Positions 1 to 11,200 of a DNA stretch of 64,000 nucleotides are shown in pieces. This stretch comes from Macrostomum lignano. Its lineage: Eukaryota. How positions within the stretch are numbered: position 1 is the stretch's first letter; each line of letters opens with the position of its first letter. A program made the position numbers and the translations under genes. The stretch is taken from NCBI GenBank assembly GCA_002269645.1, contig NIVC01001965.1, positions 280,254 through 344,253 of the forward strand, written 5' to 3'. The notes beneath the pieces are model-generated. The model was given only the letters and a program-made list of their open reading frames with translations. It searched no databases and had not been told where the DNA came from.

Positions 1-149
1 GCCGTCTTTATTGGCCACAGCTTTTGTTTCTGTTTTCTTCTGCTGATTCGATCTTCTTAATGCTTACCTGTCCAGTGTTGAGCTGTCTGCTTGCGTTTGC
101 CACCTGTATTTGCATCGGCTTTTTCCTCCCGTGAATCAGATTCTCAGCC

Positions 150-790
150 TTCTCTCCCGATCTCCCGCTTCTTTCCTCATCTCTCTCCCTTTCTCCTTAT
201 CTCTCCCCCTCCCTCCTTATCTCTCTCCCTCTCTCCTTATCTCTCTCCCTCCTTATCTCTCTCCTCTCTCTCTCCCTTTCTCCTTATCTCTCTCCCTCTC
301 TCTCTCCCTCTCTCCTTATCTCTCTCCCTCTCTCCTTATCTCTCTCCCTTTCTCCTTATCTCTCCCCCTCCCTCCTTATCTCTCTCCCTCTCTCCTTATC
401 TCTCTCCCTCTCTCCTTATCTCTCTCCCTCCTTATCTCTCTCCCTCCTTATCTCTCTCCCTCTCTCCTTATCTCTCTCCCTCTCTCCTTATCTCTCTCCC
501 TCCTTATCTCTCCCTCCTTATCTCTCTCCCTCCTTATCTTTCTCCCTCCTTATCTCTCTCCCTCCTTATCTTTCTCCCTCCTCTCTCCCTCCTTATCTCT
601 CTCCCTCTCTCCTTATCTCTCTCCCTCTCTCCTTATCTCTCTCCCTCTCTCCTTATCTCTCTCCCTCTCTCCTTATCTCTCTCCCTCTCTCCTTATCTCT
701 CTCCCTCTCTTCTTATCTCTCTCCCTCTCTCATTTCCCCCCTCTCTCCTTATCCCTATCTCTCATTATCTCATTCTCTCACTCTCTCCTT
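150..790. repeat. CT-rich minisatellite (CTCTCTCCTTATCTCTCTCC-like)
   Basis: Direct inspection; variable units of about 17-20 nt. Confidence 0.95.
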
Positions 791-2171
791 ATCCTATCAT
801 ATCCATGTTATCAACCTAATCCCCCACCTGATCAGTGTTACTTGCCAACTACTATCAAGCCCTTCTTCCCAACTGTCGCGCATATTTCTCTCTTTCCCCC
901 TTAGCTGAGCAAGGTGGTCGCTTCGCTTTTATCCATGCCATAATGCCATAGATACATATATAGTGCAATGAGCTTCGACTGAATGACACAATGCGTTTAG
1001 AATGAACCTTAAACTCTGCTATATGGCACTCATCTATTGTTGTTCTTGCTACTGTACATAAATATGCTATCCATGTATTCTCTGTCAGACAATGAGCAGT
1101 TTATTCATTTAGGAGGAGTGCGTACTATCAAAAGTTAATAATAAATAGTATTTAAAGCTTAATTTGGCGATCATGTTACTGATTCATTTATTAAAAAACT
1201 GTTATAGATATTATCGCCTGATATATGTTATATAATACTAAATTTTCATATATTATTATTGTTACTGGTTCTTAGAAAGCTCAGGGTAGGAAAGATCAAA
1301 GAGCTCACGCAGATCGCGCGGGACAGTCCACTTCCTGTGCTAAAACTCATCAGCTATACTCCAGCTTCCGCTTGGCATCTCCATCATCAGCAGTTTCTTG
1401 ACGGCCCAACCCTTTGGTCCAAGGGCATTTATCCGCCCAGCCGTGCCCGGTCAATGGAGGAACTCAATAGAGAATAGAGCAGAGGGGGAAATCAGGGGAC
1501 AATGCCAGTGTGACATCACCCACCGGGGGGGGATCTCTCCCTATAGTTCCTTCCTGTTCATCCGCCCGCTTGCCCTCCATCTCTACGAAACTCGCGCTTC
1601 GCCTCTCGCACCCCACGGGGGCCGACAAGTCCCTTCGGCCTCAATCCCGCGAGGCCTTGCGTAGCGCCTGTTGCTTGCGGGAGAGCAGAGCCTGTGCTCC
1701 ACTCTAATAAGGAGAATATTAAAATGACGTGTGCAACTCGGCAGCCCCTTTGTGCGCCCCCCGCGGTGGATGGAGCGATTCTATAATGATAATAGAGGGC
1801 CCAGACTCAAGTAATAACTAAAACTCGGAATATACTTTTTTGTGTCAAAACGAAAGCCTGTTCGAGGATTTCATAAACTCAAATTGAGACATCTATACTT
1901 TGAGTTGCATAATATTTCTAGACTGGAGGCGCATCGCTTTGATGACTCTCGATTTCGGCCCAGAAAAAGTTAATTAAATATTCGATATCATTTTGGTTAC
2001 GTCCTTCGTGTTACGAAAACTCCACAGGTGATGTCCTGTCTGTTGTTAAGCTAAAATGAAATTGAAAAACAGCTTTAAACTATTTTTTTCAATTGCTCGA
2101 ATTCGGTGAGAAAATTTTCAGAACTGGAATTCCATTCTTTCATTAATTTTGATCCTTTCAACGTAGATTAT

Positions 2172-3232
2172 TAAAACTCCTCAATTCCTTTGTTCCTCAA
2201 TTCCTCAGTTCCTCAATTCCTCAGTTCCTCAGTTCCTCAGTTCCTCCGTTCCTCAGTTCCTCAGTTCCTCAGTTCCTCAGTTCCTCAATTCCTTTGTTCC
2301 TCAGTTCCTCAATTCCTCAGTTCCTCAGTTCCTCAATTCCTCAGTTCCTCAGTTCCTCCGTTCCTCAGTTCCTCAATTCCTCAGTTCCTCAGTTCCTCAG
2401 TTCCTCAGTTCCTCAGTTCCTCAATTCCTTTGTTCCTCAGTTCCTCAGTTCCTCAGTTCCTCAGTTCCTCAATTCCTCAGTTCCTCAGTTCCTCAGTTCC
2501 TCCGTTCCTCAGTTCCTCAGTTCCTCAGTTCCTCAATTCCTCAGTTCCTCAGTTCCTCAGTTCCTCAGTTCCTCAGTTCCTCAATTCCTCAGTTCCTCAG
2601 TTCCTCAGTTCCTCAGTTCCTCAGTTCCTCAGTTCCTCAGTTCCTCAGTTCCTCAGTTCCTCAATTCCTCAGTTCCTCAGTTCCTCAGTTCCTCAGTTCC
2701 TCAGTTCCTCAGTTCCTCAATTCCTTTGTTCCTCAGTTCCTCAGTTCCTCAGTTCCTCAGTTCCTCAGTTCCTCAGTTCCTCAGTTCCTCAGTTCCTCAA
2801 TTCCTTTGTTCCTCAATTCCTTTGTTCCTCAATTCCTCAATTCCTCCGTTCCTCAGTTCCTTTGTTCCTCAATTCCTTAGTTCCTCAGTTCCTTAATTCC
2901 TCAATTCCTCAGTTTCTCAGTTCCTCAATTCCTCAGTTCCTCAATTCCTCAGTTCCTCAATTCCTCAGTTCCTCAATTCCTCAGTTCCTCAGTTCCTCAG
3001 TTCCTCAGTTCCTCAATTCCTCAGTTCCTCAATTCCTCAATTCCTCAGTTACTCAGTTCCTCAATTCAACAGTTACTCAATTCAACAGTTCCTCAGTTCC
3101 TCAATTCCTCAGTTACTCAATTCAACAGTTCCTCAGTTCCTCAGTTCCTTAATTCTTCAGTTCCTCAATTCCTCAGTTCCTCCGTTCCTCAGTTCCTCAG
3201 TTCCTCAGTTCCTCAATTCCTTAGTTCCTCAA
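2172..3232. repeat. 9-bp tandem repeat (TTCCTCAGT)
   Basis: Direct inspection. Confidence 0.97.
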
Positions 3233-4995
3233 TAACTGCTATCTTTTTGTTGTCTTATTTCTTCCAAATTGTGTTGATTGAATTCGAAGACGCTTGACTT
3301 GAGATTAGCACAGTATAAAGCGAGCTCAGGATAGATTGGCCGAGTCGGAAGCGTCAGCTTGTGAGTTTCTTTGCATTCAGACAGTCACGCACTGAAATGA
3401 GAGAGGCTTTCAAGCGAAGATGAAAGCAGAAAAAAGTGAAAATGCGGATTAAGCGGTGAAAGTGAGCGACTTTTGTTTCGCAACCTGGCCGATCCGTGTC
3501 TGTCAGTCTGCGACTCCCCGCCAGGTTTTGGGAGGGCGCGTGAGATTCCTGCGATTGCGCCCAAACAGGAAACCGGGTGATGGGAGTCAGTCGGTAAGGG
3601 CATTCCTGGGATTCTACCACTGCAACTGCGCCAAGCCCCTTGACTCTCAGCGGGGGTTCTGACCCTCCCCATGCTGCTCGGCTTTCATAAACACTAGCTC
3701 TCTCGGGCTCAGGTGAGGGCCGCCTCCTAAATCAGCCGCGACCCTTTAATCACGGCCGGCCGGCAGAACAGGATGGATAAATAAGACCTGGTGTGTGTTT
3801 TTTGTCGTTGTTACTTTCCTTTTTCGGAGCCTGGAGTATGTCTTTATTTATTGAAGTCATGCACCGTTCGGTTGCAGCTCAAATCCCCTGCTCACTGCCC
3901 TCCACGCCCCTCCCTCCCTTCCTGTTTTCCTCGAGTTCGAGAAGCAGACTGGGGCGTTGGAAGAGAAGAAAGAAAAAAAGCAATATTGTTCGGCCACCCG
4001 TTCATATTCGTTGCTGTCAGCAAGCCGGCTGCTTCCTGAGCCCCAGCACTCCCAACTGGTCTCATCCTGTTCTTCACACCTGCTTCTGAACAACTCCAAC
4101 GGGTTCCTGCCTCCGAAATTGGAAGCCGGCGGAGCTGCAGCTGCATTCCTTGGAGGCCACCTTAAGCGACTGAGTATAGTGTCAATTATTATTAAAAATC
4201 CCCCTCCCCAGTGAGCAAGTGAAGCGGAAGTGCCAACCGGCATGTTGTTCTGTTCCAAACTAAATTATTCGGCACCCCGAGCAGATTCCGAAATGCAAAA
4301 CACGAAAGCCAGTCGGCTCCGTGACTTCAGTGTGTTCTGTTGGCTGTGCATTGCTGCCGATGCAACTTCTGGGCCAGTCGACCCTCAGCGGATGCGATGC
4401 TCGGAACGTCCTACCCGTGGCTGAGCCAAGAGTCAATAGTCTTCCCACTGGGTAGTAAAATTAAAAAATCTATATTTTAACTGTTAATACAGTTTGAAAT
4501 TCTTAATAATTCTTCAGTATTCTGCCCTTATACAATATTATTTATTTTAAGTATTTAAAATCCGTATACAAAGGACTCTCATGGAACCCGGTGTAGACTG
4601 TCCGAACTTGAGTTGTTGCCGGTTGGGTCATTTTTCAATCCTTCTCAGGCATTATAGTTTGTTGACAGTTGTTCTAATACTAATTAGCTCTGACGCGATG
4701 CAAATATAATCGATATACAATATCGATTGGTCGAGAGTTTACTCAACGCATCTCTTCTTTCCAATGAATTCAGTCGCTTGCATTTTGGTCATTTCATTCA
4801 AAGGTTGTGCGTGAAAAAACATCGCAATGCCACTGATAGTCCTACAAAGAAACGAATTGTAGTCATTCATCACCATCATCAACCATCAAGACCGCTTTCT
4901 CAACATAGTATCCACCTGTAGCAACACACTTTTCCCATCGCTTGAGCATTCTGTGCCTTTCGGCCTTCTTTCGACTGCACACTCGAAACACTCAA

Positions 4996-5180
4996 TTAAC
5001 AGTGAGATTTGCTTACAAGTGACGGAGTGTATAAAACACTCAAACAGTGAGATTTGCTTACAAGTGACGGAGTGTATAAAACACTCAAACAGTGAGATTT
5101 GCTTACAAGTGACGGAGTGTATAAAACACTCAAACAGTGAGATTTGCTTACAAGTGACGGAGTGTATAAAACACTCAACA
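4996..5180. repeat. 45-bp tandem repeat, about 4 copies
   Basis: AAACAGTGAGATTTGCTTACAAGTGACGGAGTGTATAAAACACTC. Confidence 0.95.
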
Positions 5181-6784
5181 CAGAAGGGGTGGACGGTAAG
5201 AGAAGGATGCACTGTACACCAGAACCGTTTTGTATGCTAGTATACTTGTGTGCTGCAAACAATATCCATAAAAAACTAAGTTATGTACTCCCACCTTTTA
5301 CTGTGAGACTATCAGTGGCATTGCAATGGTTTTTCACGCATAACTTTTTAATGAAATGGCCAAAATACGCGCGACTGAATTCATTGGAAAGAAGAGATGC
5401 GCCGCTTTAAAATGACACCAAAGTGGTGCTTGCAGCTGCTACTGTTTTTGCTCTGGGATTAAAAGTGTCAGGAACTTTGTTGTTAAACGGGGGTGGGAGC
5501 AGTTGCTACCCGCGGATCAGCCCTGAGAGGGGCTCTGCCGCTGATGGGCACTTCCAGGGGCCTAAGCCCGAGATACCCACTAAACTAGTTGGTAATTAGA
5601 CCCTAACGTCTTGGCTAGAGATGGGTGTGAACTACTACCCAAACCTATGGACTAAGGCACCGCCAACCCAAAAGTGGAATCAGGGACGGTGCTAGGACCG
5701 AGTCCACCCAGGCCACCATCCAGCAGACAAGTCTTTGGGAGTGCGCGCGAAAAAATAGTTTGAAAAGCTTAGTTTGCTACTTAGAGCGGTCCGAGAGCGG
5801 GGAAACCCCAGAGGTCTACGGAAAAAGCAATAGTTAGGAATTTGGTATTTGGCTGGAATGCCTTGTTTCCAAGGGCGAGTCTCCTATCAAGAGGTAAGGT
5901 AGACAAAACCCTCCTATAGGGCTGCAAGCCACAAGGGTATCACCTATCCAGCTTTAGATTGGAGGCCGGGCCAAGGGGACCCGGACTCAGCCGGTATCCC
6001 CGATTCGGGACGAACTTCTTACCCAGGACTCCAGTCCACTGTCAGGATGAGAGCCGAGACACAAGGGCAAGGAGACAGCCAGAGGAGCCAGCAGATGGAC
6101 CAAGGACTAAACCAAGGCCGAGGGCCGAAAAACTAATTGGAATGAAAAAAGGGTTATTTTTAGAATGGGCACAGCCCCTCCAGGGCGGACCCTTAGAAAA
6201 TTGGGCTAGCCGAAGCCAGGCCAATCGGATTGCGCACAACCCTTAGACAAGCTATCAGAGAGGCAGCCAGGGTAAAAACAGTCAGAGACCGTCTGTACGG
6301 CTTTCTGGACACTTTTCCGGACACCCCTCGTACATGTACAATTATTATTATTACAAGTAAATCACTCATTTTCGACTTCTACTTCTTTTTGTATTGATGA
6401 AGGGCGCATGATTTTCAACCCTAGAATCGCACCAGAGTTCCCGCCTCCTTCTCTTTTACTCTTAGTAGGTTAGTTTGGGATTTTTCGTTTTTATTTAATC
6501 CGGGCCTTGTTTTTTTCGATATTCTTGAACTCTGCCTACCCTTTTGAGATCTACTTTTCTCAGATTTTATTGCATTCAGAGGTCAACATGTTTAGGCTAA
6601 CCTTTAGAGATTTACGATCCCTTACTACATACTCGAAAATCTGTCACTTTTAGCGACAAAGATCGAGTCTGAGAAAGTGATCATTTGTGATCGTCTTGCT
6701 GTCATTAATTTCGGCTCTAAAAAAGTTTCGAAAAGGGTGTGAGAGGCCGCTCTGTGAAAGTGTTTTTTATGGTTTTGAGCTTAG

Positions 6785-6830
6785 CCAATCAGAGTCAATT
6801 AGCTAGTCATCCCGGTCTCGTCCAATCAGG
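6785..6830 (+). promoter_or_regulatory. Two CCAAT boxes, possible REXO1 promoter
   Basis: CCAATCAG at 6785 and 6822, about 1.3 kb upstream of the REXO1 ATG. Motif presence only. Confidence 0.25.
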
Positions 6831-7056
6831 AAACTCGACGCTGGTTATAACAAATCGACCACTGCAAACCAATTTGATAGCGACTACCCGCCCTTCTGGT
6901 CATCGTGGTTGCAAACTGGTTTGGAAGGAAGGAAGCCAATTTTGACTCAAATTTTTTATAAATCCGAGCTGAAATCCCATACGCGGAGCAGCCTCAGGAG
7001 AACTTAGACTTGCGGTCTGGAAGTGAGAGTTTGTGCGTTTTGACACTAGACTTAAT

Positions 7057-7065
<9 letters not shown>

Positions 7066-7155
<90 letters not shown>
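7066..7155. repeat. (CT)n microsatellite
   Basis: Direct inspection. Confidence 0.97.
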
Positions 7156-8106
7156 AGTGTGCTAAAGCGAGTTCTTCAAGGACCCAGCTGCTCGCCTCAT
7201 CTTTGCTACTTGGGTCGGAGCCCATTGACAGATATAAATGCTGCAAAAGACGTGGATTGAGCGAGTCTCACTACCGCATCAGCAAATGTCTCGGCAAAAA
7301 TACTTATCAGCTGGCATGGGGAGCCCATACAGGATTTCTATACTCGAAAAGATTTCGATCAAAAGGCCTAGAAGGCTAGCTGAACCCATATGTAGGATAA
7401 TTCCTACTCGGGGAAAATTGCATCCATACACAAATTCTACAAAAATGGATCTAGTCGAAATATTTATCTTCTTTCATTCTCTGAACCAGAACCAGAACAT
7501 TAAAATAGGATCACAATAAGCAACGATGATTACTAGTGGTCATTTTGCATACAATTGATGCAAGCATGCGATGATAACGACAATCAACAATGAGCAATCC
7601 AAAGAGTCGATCGAACGACGAGGGAGAGGCTTTTCATATTACCAATTCCAGAATCAGAATCGGTTCGGATCTTCCAAGAAAAACAGCAGTATAACTATTT
7701 AATTCTGTTGAATGTTTGACTGCCTTAACAACCTCACTTAGCACAATTTTCACTTTCTTCTTGGCGATTGTCATTCAATAATAAAGAATTTATAGCACGT
7801 ATCTCCCTCTAGTTATGGAGACAAAAAGTTATACTTCACAAATTGGTTCTGGTTCTGGAACCAGAACAAGCAATATGAAAAGGCCCAACGACGAGCGCGT
7901 CAAACAGCTTCTTAGAAATGTTTTAAATTACATTTTAGCTTCTACAATTGAACGCTCGTATGGTCATCGTACAAAGAAGTATCTTTCAGGTGAGAAAAGA
8001 AAGTTACACTTACCCGTACTTACAGTGTGGTCGTTTGGTTGAGCTCGAGTAGATCTTTTATATTTTTCGCTGTCTTAAGCACAAAGTTTCTAAAAGGAAA
8101 ATCAAA

Positions 8107-8209
8107 ATGTTCCCTACCTCTGGATTTTTTCGATCGCACAATTGCCCTTATTATCTCTCTGGCCTCTGTGAGCGCCCATACTGCCACTTTCGTCACATGA
8201 AACAAGAAG
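8107..8209 (+). CDS. REXO1: REXO1 exon 1 (N-terminal C-x8-C-x4-C-x3-H motif), not in the ORF track
   Basis: ATG at 8107 translates [34 protein letters not shown]. Donor G|GTAAGC at 8210, phase 1. Confidence 0.9.
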
Positions 8210-11200
8210 GTAAGCTAGTAGTAATATTTATAACTGTTAGCTAGCTAGATGATTGGTTGCTTCCTGACTCTGCTTAGGGCCGTTATAATTTATTACTGCT
8301 TAATAAATTTATAATTAATTTAGAGACTAGGGGGGAGTCAGAGTCTACAATAAAAGGCCTGCAAATTAATTTATTTCTCTTTGACCCAGTCTTCCCAGTA
8401 TTAGAAATGTTAATTTTACAGAAATATTATATTATTAAACAGTTGCTCTATAATATTGGCCCTTGCATAAAATTTATTAAAAAGCAAGCACATTGGCAGT
8501 GTTGGGCACCAATAGTGAAAATCTTAACTTCCAATAATGGCAAAAGCATTAGTGTTAAAAAAACTAGAAAATCTTAACTTATTAGGTCTTAATTTCAAAA
8601 GTTAACTGAAAGTTAACTAATAGTCATTAATAAGCATTAATCTGTTAAAGTTAACACAAATTATAGAAATCTTACACTTTTTTTTCAAAACAGGCTTCCA
8701 TAATGCACTGTCTTTGCTTTTCCACCTTTTAACAAAACACAGAGGTCGGCTAAGCAATTTAGAAGCTAAAAAGTAATAAATAAAAATTTTTGAAACTTGT
8801 ATGTATAATACTACTAAAAGTAAACATATGGTAAAAGAAGTAACCTATTTATTTGAAACTTGAAAGCTAATTAATTGATAATAAAATACAAATACAAAGG
8901 TTGTTTCAGTAGCATTAGCAAACATAGCAGAAAGTTACAAAAGATTAGGAAAAAGTTAATCAAAGTAATCCATGCTCATATGCAAGCATACATGTGTAAC
9001 CTTGGGAATCACTTGGCTATTTCTATTGGCAACACACACATACAAGTTGCTATTGGTTGAGGGCAGTCACATGACTACTATTCCATCCAATAGCAACTTA
9101 CATGTGCATGTTGCCAATAGAAATGGCTGGGTGAATCCTTAGGTTGTGCCCAAGCATATGTACAAGCAATAAAGTTCATAATTTTACGAGTATAATTCAT
9201 TATTAAAGTTCAGTAGTAAAAAATTATTACTTTGCATGATCATTGTCATTAATAGATTAATTGGGCATTTACATACATGCGCAACAGTCGGCCGAGTCGG
9301 CCGATCCGGCCGACTGATTTGGCGGCCAACCAAGGAAATCGCAAAAATGCCCACCCAAAAGAATACCAGTAGTAGTACTAAGTAGCTGACGAGGCATTTT
9401 GACCTAATAAGACAGTTATAGTTACTCCTGCCGTTTACCCCAAGTTGCGTTAATTTTGCGTTAGGGTTTTTTACATGTAAGTCGCATTTTTGGCCAAAAA
9501 CTACGTCGCATTTTTGTTAAAACTAAGTCGCATGGCCAACCGAATTTTGGAGGTTGCGCATGTATGGGCATTTAGATAAATTCAAATGTATCTGGTTGTA
9601 ACTTCTCTTTAGACTTATATTTTGTTCCTTCTTTGCATCTTTGGTCATTGCCATTATGACCAAACATTGCCATTAACATTAACAATGAATTTTTCATTAA
9701 CTCACAAAATTATTAATACAAATTTGTTAATCTGTTCATTCAAAAAATCTTAATGGCAGTCTAGTAATGTTAATAAAAAATCTTAATGCTTATTAACAGA
9801 TTAATGCTTTTTAATGGACTGGTGCCCAACACTGCACATTGGTATGATATAAATATTGGCCTTGTTTTTCATTTTTAGGCATTTAATTTTAGTATTTTTA
9901 CAACAATAAGTTTATCAATATTAGGCCTAGATTTAAAAAAATCTTGCATTGAATTTAAATTTCTTTAGTTAATAAGTATGCCCTAGTCCCACTGGGAAAA
10001 ATTTGCAGCAAAGAAGATAGATATGTAGTAATCAAAATAAATATTGGATAGTTTTTTATTTAAACAAATTAAAGTTTTTAGTCTAATTATAATAATGGTA
10101 TTGGTACTCTTTTAATGCATATGTAGTAAGTAAGGCAAAAAATGCAAAAAACTTTTTTATTTAATTGCAACTTTGTCCTTTTCACTATTTCAGTTATCCC
10201 TCTTTCCAATTTCAAAATCCTAGGTATGCCACTAATTTAGTCTAAGACTAAGGCCAGTATTTTTAATTTGGACAAATTCAATTGCAAAAAGTATGCGTGT
10301 ACAGATTAATCAATATTGTAATTGATTATAAAAATAGTATTTTTGCTATGTAGGCCTATAATATTATTAGTTTTATTAAGTAGTATCATATTTATTTTTT
10401 AAATAATATTATAGACCTATTAGATTAGTCCAATTGCTTTTACTATAACTTGAAGCAATGATTGATAAAAACTATGCCTGTAGTTCAATAACTTGTGTAT
10501 CCTTTAAATAAATATATACATTATATATAGAGAACATTGTATAAATAAATGAATTTGTTTTATAATCCTATATAAAATATATTTTATTTCTGTATATTGC
10601 TAAAATTACTTTTACCAAAATAAAATTTTTCTTTTTAGACAGACCAGCACCTGTTAGACCAGTTCAACAGTTATCAAAATCTGTAAGTTCAGGTGTATTA
10701 AATTTTATTCTATTGATATTATAATAGCCTAAGGTTTTCTTTGTTAAGTGTTAGGATGTCAATATGTGTTAGGATTCAGAAAATGTGCTAGGAAATCAAG
10801 GGATGTGCTGGGATGTTAGGGAGTGTGCTAGGATGTTAGAAAATGTGCTAAGATGTTAGGAGATACACTAGGATGTCAGGGAATGTGCTAGGATGTCAGA
10901 AGATATGGTACGCTAGGATGTCAAGAGATGTGCTAGGATGTCAGTGTATTGCTAGGATGTCAGAGAGTGTGTTAGGATGTCAGGGAATGTGCTTGGATGT
11001 CAGGGAATGTGCTTGGATGTCAGGGAATGTGCTAGGATGTCAGTGTTTTAGGATGTCAGGGAATGTGCTTGGATGTCAGGGAATGTGCTAGGATGTCAGG
11101 GAATGTGCTAGGATGTCAGGGAATGTGCTAGGATGTCAGGGAATGTGCTTGGATGTCAGGGAATGTGCTTGGATGTCAGGGAATGTGCTAGGATGTCAGG

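Noticed and set aside
3354-4448. Cluster of short ORFs
   Set aside because: No domain signal and no consistent exon chain could be built.
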